Made by a program: the position numbers and the translations under genes. A stretch of 64,000 nt of DNA, taken from positions 480,001 through 544,000 of the forward strand of contig CAVRCJ010000003.1 in the NCBI GenBank assembly GCA_963719515.1, in the 5' to 3' direction. Position 1 is the stretch's first letter; every line of letters starts with the position of its first letter. The stretch is from an uncultured cyanobacterium. GTDB taxonomy: Bacteria > Cyanobacteriota > Cyanobacteriia > CAKZMO01. Positions 1 to 10,395 of the stretch are shown here, piece after piece. The notes beneath the pieces are model-generated. The model had not been told where the DNA came from. It ran no database searches and was given only the letters and a program-made list of their open reading frames with translations.

Positions 1-439
1 ACAGGAAGACCTGGTAGAGCGTCACGGCTGGCTCACCTCCCAGCAGCTCTTGGACGCGATCGCCATCGGTCAGTTCACCCCTGGTCCAGTGTTCACCACG
101 GCCACCTTCGTCGGCTACCTGCTGGCGGGAAATCTGGGGGCGATCGCCGCCACCGTCGGCATCTTTCTGCCCGCGTTTTTGCTGGTGGGACTGATTAGTC
201 CCTGGGTACCGGCGCTGCGCCGCTCGCCTTGGTTTGGCGCTTTTCTAGACGGCGTCAACGCGGCCTCTTTGGGGCTGATGGCGGTGGTCACCCTCACGCT
301 GGCCCAGACCGCGCTGCTAGATCTTCCCACAGTGCTGCTGGCGATCGCTGCTGCGGTGGCGGTGTTCAAATATAAAATAAACTCCGCCTGGATTGTTCTC
401 GCAGGCGGAGTCGTCGGTTTTTTGCTGCAGGCGCTTTAG
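1..439 (+). CDS. chrA: Chromate efflux transporter (CHR family), 3' part; runs off window start
   Basis: DAIAIGQFTPGPVFTTATFVGY CHR signature, hydrophobic helices; frame open to the window edge. Confidence 0.9.
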   Translation, partial: QEDLVERHGWLTSQQLLDAIAIGQFTPGPVFTTATFVGYLLAGNLGAIAATVGIFLPAFLLVGLISPWVPALRRSPWFGAFLDGVNAASLGLMAVVTLTLAQTALLDLPTVLLAIAAAVAVFKYKINSAWIVLAGGVVGFLLQAL

Positions 440-493
440 ATAAGTGCGCTCTGACAGGCGGTTATAGGGCTGTATGCCCTTAAATCATCAACG

Positions 494-1174
494 CTAGACC
501 GCCGGTACCGCCGAGTAATCTGCGTCTTCACTGACGCGATCGCCCTCACCCTTAGGGGCGACACGATGCTCGATTTCGGCAAGCTTACCGTGGACATGGC
601 CGTTACCGTTGCGGGGCTGCAGCAGGCCATAGCCGCCGTGGTTACGCTCGTAGATGACGTTGATTTCGTCGGTGCTGGCGTTGCGGAACATATAGAAGTC
701 GTGGCCCACGAGCTGCAGCTGCTCTAGGGCTTCTTCTACAGACATGGGAGGCGTGGCAAAGTACTTGGTGCGCACCACATCTTCGGGCAGGGCAGGGGCG
801 CGGTCGCCCAGCAAATCTGGAGAGACCGGGGTACGGGCGATCGCGGTAGCAGTCTTGACGGGAGTATGGGCCTTGGCCTGACGCTTCTCCTTAAACTTGC
901 GCATCTGGCGCGCAATCTTGCTGGCGACCAAATCGATGCTGGCGTAGAGATTCTCGCTGCTCTCTTCCGCTCGAACCACAAAGCCATTGGCGTAAATCGT
1001 CACCTCAGCAATATGTTTCGACGTGATTCGAGGGTTGCGGGCCACCGATAGATGAACATCCACTTCTAAGGCTAACGTTTGGAAGTGGTTGACGGCTTTG
1101 ACGATCTTCTGCTCCACGTAGTCGTGAATCGCAGGCGTAACGTCAATGTTTTTACCTTGGATAACAAGCTTCAT
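494..1174 (-). CDS. hpf: Ribosome hibernation promoting factor, long form (LrtA/RaiA)
   Basis: [30 protein letters not shown]-terminal [26 protein letters not shown]. Confidence 0.95.
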   Translation of the reverse strand: MKLVIQGKNIDVTPAIHDYVEQKIVKAVNHFQTLALEVDVHLSVARNPRITSKHIAEVTIYANGFVVRAEESSENLYASIDLVASKIARQMRKFKEKRQAKAHTPVKTATAIARTPVSPDLLGDRAPALPEDVVRTKYFATPPMSVEEALEQLQLVGHDFYMFRNASTDEINVIYERNHGGYGLLQPRNGNGHVHGKLAEIEHRVAPKGEGDRVSEDADYSAVPAV

Positions 1175-1368
1175 ATAAGCTGCCTCCCATATCTTGGATG
1201 CCCACAGCGTAGCCCAAGATGTGTTCTAGGTGACACTAACATTTATAGTGTGTTGCATCTCTTGAGAATTCTTGACGTCGGCGCTGCGACAACGGCCCCT
1301 GCATTCCTCTGATGTTTGAGGAGAATGAAGGGGCCGCGGCTTAAGCTCTGCTGATTTCAGTTTGGAAA

Positions 1369-2169
1369 TCAGTCGATGCTGATGCGCGTTGGGCTCGTAC
1401 CCGCAGTGGGCGGGGTGGAGGTTGCCGCTGGCCCTGCGACTCGGTAGTCGGCGTAGAGGCGATCGCGCCAGTCAAAGACCGCAGCGTAGGCCGGATTGTC
1501 TACGATACCGGGGACGCCGCGCTCCTGCAGCGATGTGGGCAGGTCTACGTAGGCCGCAGAGGGAAATTTGATGTACATGGTCATGGCAGCTACGGCGAAG
1601 TCCGCCAGAGTGGGCTGGTCGCCAATGAGGTAAGGGCGATCGCTCAGCAGCAGCGTCAGCGCTTCTAGGCTTTGCTCGATGGCAACCCGCGCCGCTTTGA
1701 CGACGTCAGGGCCAAGCCCCACCCCGGTGCTTAAGAGGTCGAGGGCCTCACGAGGCACCGCACCCACTAGCCCTTTGAGAAAGTCAGGGGTCTGGGTGGG
1801 CAGCAGCGCCGTCCGCAGGTCCGAGTTTTGTCCGAATGCTCCCAACATCACCTTGCGGGCGTTGAGGCCAATGGAGTCGTCAGCCCAAGCTTCCAGGGCT
1901 AGGCAGTAGCCGCGCTGGGCGGGGTCTGCAGGAATAATTGGGCGATCCGGGTAGGTGGTCTCCAAGTATTGGGCGATCGCCGTGGAGTCGGCAATCACCT
2001 CAGCGCCGTCTTGCAGCACGGGAACTTGGCGTTGCCCAGACAAGCGGTAGACATCGAGCTGACCGATACCGGGGGTAACCTCTACCTTTTTATACGCTAA
2101 GCCTTTGTAATCTAAGAGGAAGCGGACCTTTTCGCAGTAGTGAGATAGCTCAAATTGATGCAGTTCCAT
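1369..2169 (-). CDS. Glutathione S-transferase family protein
   Basis: ELHQFELSHYCEKVR, QVPVL, ADSTAIAQYLE, PYLIGDQPTLADF; start at ATG 2169 behind an AGGAGA RBS. Confidence 0.9.
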   Translation of the reverse strand: MELHQFELSHYCEKVRFLLDYKGLAYKKVEVTPGIGQLDVYRLSGQRQVPVLQDGAEVIADSTAIAQYLETTYPDRPIIPADPAQRGYCLALEAWADDSIGLNARKVMLGAFGQNSDLRTALLPTQTPDFLKGLVGAVPREALDLLSTGVGLGPDVVKAARVAIEQSLEALTLLLSDRPYLIGDQPTLADFAVAAMTMYIKFPSAAYVDLPTSLQERGVPGIVDNPAYAAVFDWRDRLYADYRVAGPAATSTPPTAGTSPTRISID

Positions 2170-2361
2170 AACGTCTCCTAGACAAGTGATCGCTTTAGCG
2201 GCTGACCAAAGTGCCTGGTAGGCGTCAGCCGAGCATTCCCCCCTGAGTCTGCCACAATCCACATCGGGCTGCTGAGACCAAAAGAGAGAACCCGTCTCTA
2301 CGCTGGGGACTGTATATCCGAGCAAATTTTTCCAGAGGCGGGCGGTTCGCTATGATAGCTG

Positions 2362-3282
2362 ATGTTGTTCTTCAGGCGTATTGTCCCCGTGACTGAGATT
2401 ATTCAGGCCGCTAGAGATGCCTTGCTGAAGATGGTTGAGCAGGGCGTTGCCACGCTTCCTGCGCTAGTAGCGGCGATCGCAATCATTGCGGTTACGTCGT
2501 TTATCATCAATCCAATCCGCCGGGTGGTTGGGGCGACAGCTGACCGTCTGTTCAACAGCGAATCACTGCGGTCTCTAGCGACCCAGATGACCACGGTGAC
2601 CGTTTGGGTCTTGGGAATTCTGATCGCCGGAGCCGTCCTGTTCCCAGGACTGGAGCCGGGTGACCTACTGGGCCTATTGGGGTTGGGGTCCGTTGCCATC
2701 GGTTTTGCGTTCCAAGATATCTTCAAGAACTTTCTGGCCGGGATCCTGCTGCTGCTCAACCAGCCGTTCCAGCTCAACGATCAGATCATCGTGGCCGACT
2801 ACGAGGGGACAGTGGAGGAGATCACCATTCGCTCAACCCACATGCGCACCTATCAGGGGGAAAAAATCGTCATCCCCAACTCCATCGTGTTTACTAGTCC
2901 CATCAACGTCTTGACCGAGCGCGATTTTCGCCGCACCGATTTGGCCATTGGGCTAGACTACAACACGTCGCTGCCCAGAGCGCGGCAGGTTCTACAGATG
3001 GCTCTTGTCGACGTGGATGGCGTCCTCTCGCAGCCGTCTGTTGAGGTGGACATCGTTGGGTTTGGCGATAGCGCTATCGATTTTATGGTCCACTTTTGGA
3101 CCCGCCCTGAAAAGGTCCACGTACGGCAAACCCAAACGAAGGTAATCCTGGCGCTGAAGCAGGCCTGCGATGACGCCGACTTCAATATTCCCTACCCCAT
3201 CCGGACGGTTTATCATTTCGACCAGGAAAAGTTTAGCGACCATTTCGAGACGGATAGGCTGTCGAGTCCTAACGGGGAGTAA
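2362..3282 (+). CDS. Small-conductance mechanosensitive channel (MscS family)
   Basis: GLGSVAIGFAFQDIFKNFLAGILLL..PF..D.I..GTVEEITIRST..IPNS. Confidence 0.92.
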   Translation: MLFFRRIVPVTEIIQAARDALLKMVEQGVATLPALVAAIAIIAVTSFIINPIRRVVGATADRLFNSESLRSLATQMTTVTVWVLGILIAGAVLFPGLEPGDLLGLLGLGSVAIGFAFQDIFKNFLAGILLLLNQPFQLNDQIIVADYEGTVEEITIRSTHMRTYQGEKIVIPNSIVFTSPINVLTERDFRRTDLAIGLDYNTSLPRARQVLQMALVDVDGVLSQPSVEVDIVGFGDSAIDFMVHFWTRPEKVHVRQTQTKVILALKQACDDADFNIPYPIRTVYHFDQEKFSDHFETDRLSSPNGE

Positions 3283-3443
3283 GACGGCGTCCTATTGCCG
3301 GCTAGATCTCTAAATTTTCAGTAAAGTTGGGTCGGGTTGGCCTATCATCTTTGATATAGAACGAAGATCTTGGGAATATATTTTGTATTGAATTGCGTGA
3401 ATTGCGCAGTGAGCGATTTCAGCTCAGAAAAGGCGGGGCTTAG

Positions 3444-6239
3444 ATGGTGTCGCCGGCCCAATGTGTGAGGAGTTCAGCTTTGATCAACATGCGCGTTCCA
3501 CTCAATTCTGCTAGGTCTATGGGCAGGCTGCACCAGCGCGTCTTCCTGTCCGCTTTTGGCCTCTGGGTTACGGTGGGCGCCCTGATGGGGTTGCCGGGTC
3601 CCACTGGGTTTGGTGTTCCTGGTGCAAGGGCTCAGTCGAGCGCTGTGGCTCCTCAATCTCGTCAGACGGTTCTAGTGCTGCACTCGCCGCTCGGCATGCC
3701 TTTATCTGAGCCTCAGCTTGCTGCGCGTTTTGGAGCAGCTGGCATTGACTACCAGCTGATTCGCTGGTCCCAGCTCAGCGATGTGTCTCTCTCTGGGGGT
3801 GCGGTCGGTCGTACCGACGAGGCTCCCATCTTGTTCCTCCCCAATGCCGAGATGGTGTCTCGTCAGCAGGTGGCTGCCCTGAGTCGTTTTCTGGAGTCGG
3901 GGGGACAGCTGGTGGTCACTGGCCGTATCGGTCTCGCGTCGCCCGATACCGTTCAGCAGGAGCTGCGATCGCTGCTTGGGGCGTACTGGGCGTTTCCGCT
4001 GCTGCAGCCGGCTCAGATCACCCCCGTCGCCGACCGCATGCCCGAACGCGCCGATACGATTGAGGGGGGCGTCGTTGTACCCCACAGTTCAGCAAGCCAC
4101 GTCATGGCAACTTGGCACAGCGACACTACCGCTGCCACCCCGCGCGACGCGCCTGCCGTTGTCAAGACCGGTCAAGTGCTGTTTTTAGGGTGGAACTGGG
4201 GAGAAGAGTCTGATCTGAATATGGACAGCGCCTGGCTGCAGGCCGCAGTCCTTCAGTTTGACAGCGACTTTGCCGTGGGTGGCCCTGCCGGCGATGGCGA
4301 TCCTGCCAGCGTGGAGGCTGGCGATACTAATGTGGTCCCCACTCAGCCCAGTCAACAGGCCAGAGCGCCTCAAATTGCCCCTAGTTCCCCTCCCGAGACT
4401 GCTGTGTCCGAGGCTCCCCTGGAGCTAGCGCAGGCGTCTGACGTCCTTCCGATTTGGCCTCGGGAAGCTAGCTTGATGGTTCAAGAGCTGGAGAGCCTGA
4501 TGGGGCGGTTCGAAAGCGCCCTGCTGATGGCAGATTCAATAGCGCCGTCTCTCAACGCCCAAGAGGCTCCTGGTGACGGTTCTGTCTTGGTGGCCTCTGC
4601 CTCGCTGGACTCGGCAGAACAGGTGCAAATTGCAGAACGCGATCTTCCTGCCGACACGGTCGACGGAAGATATTCCATTCTCGAGCAAACGCGGCAAACC
4701 CTCGACGAATTTCCGGTACTGGTCGCGCGGCGGGACTATGAAGCCGCGCGGCGGGAGTGGTTTGAGGCTCGGAAGCTTCTGTGGGACAACTTTCCCACCG
4801 ATCGCCCTGTCGCCCAGTCCGAAATTCGCGCCATCTGGCTCGACCGGGGAACCATCGTCACCGCGGGTTCCCACGACGAGCTCGCCCGTATATTTGATCG
4901 GCTGGCTCAGGCTGGGATCAATACCGTCTTTTTTGAGACCCTCAATGCAGGGTACACCGTCTATCCCAGCCGCGTTGCGCCCCAGCAAAATCCTTTAATT
5001 TCAGAAGATTGGGATCCCCTAGAATCTGCTGTCGAGCTGGCTCACGACCGGGATATGGAGCTACATGCCTGGGTCTGGGTGTTTGCGGCGGGCAACCAGC
5101 GTCACAATACGCTGGTGGACCAGCCCTGGGACTACCTTGGCCCAGTGCTAGCGCGTCGCCCCGACTGGGCCAATACCGACCATGAGGGAAACGCTATTCC
5201 CAAAGGGCAGACCAAGCCCTTCCTCGATCCTGCCAATCAGGGAGCGCGGCGCTATCTGCTGCGGCTGTTCGACGAAATTTTGACTGAGTATGATGTCGAC
5301 GGCCTTCAGCTCGACTACATTCGCTATCCGTTCCAAGACCCCAGCGCGGGTCGCTCCTATGGCTATGGCACAGCGTCTCGCCGTGCGTTCAAGGCTCAGA
5401 CGGGCGTTGACCCCACCACCATTTCCCCTAGCGATCGCGCCCTGTGGGAGCGCTGGACCGACTTTCGCATTGAGCAGGTCGACTCGTTTGTCTCAGCGGT
5501 GTCGCGCCTCGTCGAGCGCCGTCGCCCAGAGGCTATTTTGTCGGCAGCCGTTTTTCCAATGCCGGAGCACGAGCGCCGCCACAAGCTTCAGCAGGGCTGG
5601 GAGCGCTGGGCTCGGTCGGGGGAAGTCGACATCATCGTGACCATGAGCTATGCGATCGATACTCCGCAGCTTGAAGCGCTGGTCAACCCTTGGCTTGACC
5701 CAAGTCTCTCACCTGCGCTAGTTTTGCCCGCAATTCGGCTGCTGAATCTGCCCAACACGCTGGCGGTGGATCAGATTCAGGCACTACGAGATTTGCCCGC
5801 AGGGGGATATGCCCTGTTTGCGGCTGAGAACCTGACTCAAAACGAGTCTTTGCAGCAGGTCTTTCAGCGGACTCAGGGCAGCGTCGATGCTCCGGTGATT
5901 CCCTACCGGAAACCGTTTGAAGCGGCAGCAGCGCGCTACGAGGTTCTGCAGCGGGAGTGGGCCGTAACCTTAGGCAGCGGTAGACTTTATATCTCTTCGG
6001 AGCAGCAGGAGGAGCTGACGGAGCGAGCGATTGACCTCGAAGATGAGCTAGGAGATCTGGCGAGAAATCCGTCATCTAGAAATCTGCGTCGGGCAAAGCG
6101 AGAGCTACAGAGCTTCCGCCAAGATTTCTCCCAGTGGATGGATCTGCAGTCTATCAACGGTCGATATCGCGTTCAGGCTTGGGAGAACCGACTAGCGGCG
6201 ATCGATAGCCTGTTGGCCTACGGGGAAGAGCGGCGTTAG
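3444..6239 (+). CDS. Glycoside hydrolase family 10-like (GHL10/DUF187) exported protein
   Basis: EIRAIWLDRG, GINTVFFET, LHAWVWVF, VDGLQLDYIRYP; N-terminal signal-like region; true start may be downstream. Confidence 0.85.
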   Translation: MVSPAQCVRSSALINMRVPLNSARSMGRLHQRVFLSAFGLWVTVGALMGLPGPTGFGVPGARAQSSAVAPQSRQTVLVLHSPLGMPLSEPQLAARFGAAGIDYQLIRWSQLSDVSLSGGAVGRTDEAPILFLPNAEMVSRQQVAALSRFLESGGQLVVTGRIGLASPDTVQQELRSLLGAYWAFPLLQPAQITPVADRMPERADTIEGGVVVPHSSASHVMATWHSDTTAATPRDAPAVVKTGQVLFLGWNWGEESDLNMDSAWLQAAVLQFDSDFAVGGPAGDGDPASVEAGDTNVVPTQPSQQARAPQIAPSSPPETAVSEAPLELAQASDVLPIWPREASLMVQELESLMGRFESALLMADSIAPSLNAQEAPGDGSVLVASASLDSAEQVQIAERDLPADTVDGRYSILEQTRQTLDEFPVLVARRDYEAARREWFEARKLLWDNFPTDRPVAQSEIRAIWLDRGTIVTAGSHDELARIFDRLAQAGINTVFFETLNAGYTVYPSRVAPQQNPLISEDWDPLESAVELAHDRDMELHAWVWVFAAGNQRHNTLVDQPWDYLGPVLARRPDWANTDHEGNAIPKGQTKPFLDPANQGARRYLLRLFDEILTEYDVDGLQLDYIRYPFQDPSAGRSYGYGTASRRAFKAQTGVDPTTISPSDRALWERWTDFRIEQVDSFVSAVSRLVERRRPEAILSAAVFPMPEHERRHKLQQGWERWARSGEVDIIVTMSYAIDTPQLEALVNPWLDPSLSPALVLPAIRLLNLPNTLAVDQIQALRDLPAGGYALFAAENLTQNESLQQVFQRTQGSVDAPVIPYRKPFEAAAARYEVLQREWAVTLGSGRLYISSEQQEELTERAIDLEDELGDLARNPSSRNLRRAKRELQSFRQDFSQWMDLQSINGRYRVQAWENRLAAIDSLLAYGEERR

Positions 6240-6295
6240 AATCGGCATCACGCCAAGGCGCACGGTCCGTACGCCCTGCTGGTGTAGGTTGAAGC

Positions 6296-6454
6296 CTAGA
6301 GCGCCTGACGGCTGGCTCGCGATTCGAGGTAGGGATCGCCCTCAAACGGCTGCACTCCAACCAAAGGATAGACGCCATCGTCAGGGCTAAACAGACGAAC
6401 CACGCCTTCCCAAACAAACTGCAGCGCTCTCTGTAGGCTGTTGGCGATGATCAT
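6296..6454 (-). CDS. Small conserved cyanobacterial protein (52 aa)
   Basis: ACAGGAG RBS before ATG 6454; EGVVRLFSP.D..YP..GVQPFEGDP resembles a recurrent cyanobacterial small-protein family. Confidence 0.7.
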   Translation of the reverse strand: MIIANSLQRALQFVWEGVVRLFSPDDGVYPLVGVQPFEGDPYLESRASRQAL

Positions 6455-6591
6455 AGCGATCTCCTGTTGTAAGTGTTTCAAGTCAGCTTGTGTAGCGTCA
6501 GCTGTTAACTCTATCTTTACCCACTTCACCTCAGATTTACCTTAATTTTTGTGGATAGCCTTCACCGTACTTAATTGAGTTTCTTGAAGAC

Positions 6592-7665
6592 ATGCAGCCG
6601 ATCCTATACGTTGCCATCACAGACCACGGCTTTGGTCACGCTACTCGTACCGCCGCCGCCGTCGCCGAGATTCAGCGGCAGCGTCCCGACATCACCCTGA
6701 TTTTGGCGACCACTGCCCCCCGCTGGCTGCTGGAATCTTACATCCCCGGAGACTTTATCCACCGGCCCCGTGCTTTTGACCTGGGGGTGGTGCAAAGCGA
6801 TAGCGTCACCATGGACAAGCCCGCTACCCTGGCGAAGCTGCAGCAGCTGCGCGACAGTCAAGCCGCAACGATTGCCAGCGAGGCCGCTTTCCTCAAGCAA
6901 AACCGCGTTAGCCTGGTTTTGGCCGACATCCCGCCGCTAGCTGCCCCCATCGCCCGCCGGGCCGGGGTGCCCTGCTGGGCAGCCAGCAACTTTGGCTGGG
7001 ATTTTATTTACCGGGACTGGGGCGGAGAGTTCACAGCGATCGCCGACTGGATTTCCGACTGCTTTTCCCAATGCGATCGTCTGTTTCGCCTGCCGTTTCA
7101 CGAGCCTATGTCCGCCTTTACGAATGCCGAAGACGTTGGCCTAACGGGGGGAACGCCGCGCTGGTCAGTGGAGGAGCTGCGCCAGCGGTTTGACCTCAAG
7201 CTTGAAGCACAGAAAACGGTGCTGCTCACCTTCGGGGGGCTGGGGCTGGCTCAAATTCCCTATGGAGGTTTGAAGCCGTTTGAAGACTGGCAGTTCATTA
7301 CCTTCGACCGCACTGCCCCGGAGCTGCCTAACCTGCTCAAGGTAACCGATAGAACCTATCGCCCCGTGGATATGTTGCCCCTGTGCGACGCGCTGGTGGG
7401 CAAGCCGGGGTACGGCACTTTTGCCGAGGCCTGCCTGCAGGAGGTTCCCATTATTTCTATTACCCGCGAGGGCTTTGCTGAAGCGCCGATCCTCATTGAG
7501 GGTATTCGGCGAGTCTCCCGCCACAGCATCATCTCCCCCAATAGCCTGATAGAGGGGCACTGGGACTTTCTTAAGGATCCGCTGACGCCGCCTACCGCCC
7601 AGACCCCCTTGTCTAAAACTGGAAATCAAGTGATTGCCCAAGCTGTAATCGACGCGGTGACGTAG
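6592..7665 (+). CDS. GT-B glycosyltransferase-like protein
   Basis: HGFGHATR N-terminal motif, LVGKPGYGTFAE C-terminal motif. Confidence 0.8.
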   Translation: MQPILYVAITDHGFGHATRTAAAVAEIQRQRPDITLILATTAPRWLLESYIPGDFIHRPRAFDLGVVQSDSVTMDKPATLAKLQQLRDSQAATIASEAAFLKQNRVSLVLADIPPLAAPIARRAGVPCWAASNFGWDFIYRDWGGEFTAIADWISDCFSQCDRLFRLPFHEPMSAFTNAEDVGLTGGTPRWSVEELRQRFDLKLEAQKTVLLTFGGLGLAQIPYGGLKPFEDWQFITFDRTAPELPNLLKVTDRTYRPVDMLPLCDALVGKPGYGTFAEACLQEVPIISITREGFAEAPILIEGIRRVSRHSIISPNSLIEGHWDFLKDPLTPPTAQTPLSKTGNQVIAQAVIDAVT

Positions 7666-7732
7666 CCTCAACGCCCGGAGCCCCGTCACCAGGCCATTCC
7701 GGCAGGCGTCGCCTCCACGGCCCCCCGCTTCG

Positions 7733-9466
7733 CTATACTCCTTTGTCCGCCAATGCTTCGAGCTGCTTTGCCGCTTTCTCGACGGCCTCATACTGGCGCT
7801 TAATCGGCTCTACCGCCGCTGCCTCCCGCTGTACGGTGTCGAAAAACGGCACAAACAGCCGCTCGATCTCTTCGTACACGACGTTCAACTTCGACGTCAG
7901 GCGATCGCTGATGTCGTCCTTGAACCTGCTGCGCTCATTATCTAGCGCCCGATCAAACTTGCGGATGACCTGGTTGCGCTGCCACAGCAGCCCCATGCCC
8001 AGCACCAGCACCCCTACCCCAGCAAAGGCAATGCCGATGGCGTTCAAGATCACTTCGCCGATGGCAAACTCAACGGCATGGAGAATGATGCCCGTGATCG
8101 CTGCAAATGCGCCTCCCACAACCTCTACCGCAATTTCGTCCGCGTCTGCCACCAGGGAGTTAATCATCCGCTCATCCGTAAGCAGGTCGTCCAGCTTGCG
8201 GCGAATATCTTCGATCACCTCCTGCCGCCGCTCTAGCACCTTGATAGTGATGCGATCGCCCACCAGGTTTTGCCGGGCCTGAAGCTCGTCTAGCTCCTGG
8301 GCTAGGCCGTCTAGCAGCTGATAGATGCCGTCCATGAAGTGCTTAGCCCCTTCGTTAGAGGTCTCTTCTAGGGAAGAGCTGAGCTGCTGCTGGCAGTAGG
8401 TCTTAAACTCGTCTACCCAAGCCTGGATAGACTGGTCCTTATTAAAAATGCCGAGGAACGATCGCTTGGTGAGCATCAGCACCGAGAAGCTGTCGCGGAA
8501 ATCTTGCTTGATGCGGGTGGCGATGCGGTCATAGCGGGCCAGCAGCCGGTCAGCTAGGCTCTCTACTTCGTAGAGCGATCGCGATCTGGCGGCGCTGATC
8601 TTACTGTGGATAGTCTCCACCGCCCGGATGTCGCGGGCCAGCTGCTCGTCTAGCAGCGCCACGTCTTCCGCCAGTCGCTCTACGATGCGGGTGGTGGTGG
8701 TGCTTGTGGAGCTGAGCTTGAGGCGGTAGCTTTCGCCGCTGGTCACCATGCGGTAGATGTAGTCCCGTACGGCAATAAAGCCGCTGTGCTCGGTATCACC
8801 CTCTTGCTCTTGCTCCGCAGAGGTCGCAAACACTGTGGGGTCGTCGATCTGCTTTTGGCGGGCAAGCTCCTTGACCCGCTCAACGTTGCGCAGCAGGTCG
8901 TCGGGCTTTACCAGATCTGCCTGCTGCAGAATGAATACCACCTTTTTGCGCCAGTCCGCGTTGACGTAGTCTAGAAGGGTCCAGGTGCTCTGCTGGTAAG
9001 GATTTTTGGCAAAGAAGACAAAAAACACCAGGTCGCTGTTGGGAATATAGCTCTCGGTAATCGTTTGGTGCTGCTCGACGATGGTGTTGGTTCCCGGCGT
9101 GTCTACGATAGAGATATCTTTCAAAATTTCAATGGGGCGGCCAACCTTCTTGATGTGTGGCCCTACAGCCTGCTCAAAGGATTGCTCAGCAAAAATGATT
9201 TGCTGCACGGTATCGGTGCAGGGCTCGACGTCGGTGCCGCAGACTTCGGCCCCCAAAAGGGCATTGACGAAGCTGCTCTTTCCCGCCTTGACCTCGCCTA
9301 CAACAACAAATAAGAACGGCTCACTGATGGTCTGCTGTAGGCCTTTTACGGTGCCCTGCAGCTCACTGTTTTCCAGGGCGATCGCCAGTCCATGAAGATT
9401 CTGCAGCAGGTCGTCCAGCTTTTGCTGATACCGCTGTAGCTGCTGATTGATGACGGGGCGGCTCAT
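7733..9466 (-). CDS. Dynamin family GTPase (FZL-like) with C-terminal membrane segment
   Basis: G1 GEVKAGKSS, G2 PCT, G3 DTPG; coiled-coil stalk; hydrophobic segments near C-terminus. Confidence 0.85.
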   Translation of the reverse strand: MSRPVINQQLQRYQQKLDDLLQNLHGLAIALENSELQGTVKGLQQTISEPFLFVVVGEVKAGKSSFVNALLGAEVCGTDVEPCTDTVQQIIFAEQSFEQAVGPHIKKVGRPIEILKDISIVDTPGTNTIVEQHQTITESYIPNSDLVFFVFFAKNPYQQSTWTLLDYVNADWRKKVVFILQQADLVKPDDLLRNVERVKELARQKQIDDPTVFATSAEQEQEGDTEHSGFIAVRDYIYRMVTSGESYRLKLSSTSTTTTRIVERLAEDVALLDEQLARDIRAVETIHSKISAARSRSLYEVESLADRLLARYDRIATRIKQDFRDSFSVLMLTKRSFLGIFNKDQSIQAWVDEFKTYCQQQLSSSLEETSNEGAKHFMDGIYQLLDGLAQELDELQARQNLVGDRITIKVLERRQEVIEDIRRKLDDLLTDERMINSLVADADEIAVEVVGGAFAAITGIILHAVEFAIGEVILNAIGIAFAGVGVLVLGMGLLWQRNQVIRKFDRALDNERSRFKDDISDRLTSKLNVVYEEIERLFVPFFDTVQREAAAVEPIKRQYEAVEKAAKQLEALADKGV

Positions 9467-9615
9467 GGAAACTCCTTAATGACCATCACGGGTGACGGGC
9501 TAACGCTCGCTCACAGGCGCACTCTAGCCTAAGGTAATTCGGCAGAGCGTATGCGATCGTACTAAAACGGTCACACTAACTAAGATGGACAGTCGCTGAG
9601 GATTCGTCAATCTGT

Positions 9616-9645
9616 CTTCGGTGGTGGCTTCGGTGGTGGCTTCGG
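9616..9645. repeat. Short tandem repeat CTTCGGTGGTGG x2.5
   Basis: Read directly in the intergenic region. Confidence 0.8.
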
Positions 9646-9694
9646 CTGAAAACCATCAACGCGATACCGCACCGGTACCTGAACGCAGTGAAGT

Positions 9695-10357
9695 CTAGCG
9701 CTCAATCAAGATGCCGTAGAGCCCAGCAGCGATCGCCCCTTCGTAGTCTTGGGAAGCGCTGTCGCCAATGTGCCAAGCTTTCTCAGGCGGGCAACCGTGC
9801 TTCTTGAGCGCGGCTGCAAAAATGTCGCCGCTGGGCTTGGCGGCCCCCACATCGGTAGAGATGGTTATCGAATCGAAAAAGCGGTCTAGGCCCAGGGCAG
9901 GCAGCACGTGGTAGAGGCGGGAGTCAAAGTTAGAGATCACCCCCAGCTCGATGCCTTGGCGCTGCCAGGCCTCAAGGGCTACCGGTACATCGGGGTAAAC
10001 GATCCAGGGCTCCGCCGTCGCGAAGTGGCGATAGAGGTCGTCAAAAAAGTCATCGAACTGGCTGAACTGGTCTAGCAAGTTGAGCCGTTTGAAGGTGTCT
10101 TGGGCAACCTGCTTCCACCAGACGAATTCCTTCTCAGGGATGACGGCCCGCTCAGCCTTGGGAAATGCCATAGGGGGCGCGGCCCCAAAGCTCTCAAAGA
10201 AGGCCTGCTCCAACGCCTCCGCCTCTGCCACGATGCCAAATGAGCGAGCAAGGGCACTATAAACCTCGCCAACGCCGCCTTTAACGCCAAAGAGCGTACC
10301 AACGCCGTCAAGAAAGATAGTTTGGGGAGTCGGGCGAATCGAGTTGGCGGTAGCCAT
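9695..10357 (-). CDS. HAD-IA family hydrolase
   Basis: FLDGVGTL motif I (second Asp replaced), ISNFD, KP, HIGDS..D. Confidence 0.9.
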   Translation of the reverse strand: MATANSIRPTPQTIFLDGVGTLFGVKGGVGEVYSALARSFGIVAEAEALEQAFFESFGAAPPMAFPKAERAVIPEKEFVWWKQVAQDTFKRLNLLDQFSQFDDFFDDLYRHFATAEPWIVYPDVPVALEAWQRQGIELGVISNFDSRLYHVLPALGLDRFFDSITISTDVGAAKPSGDIFAAALKKHGCPPEKAWHIGDSASQDYEGAIAAGLYGILIER

Positions 10358-10395
10358 TCAGCAGTGGCGGTCTGCGGTGAGCCTCTACAGCGCTT

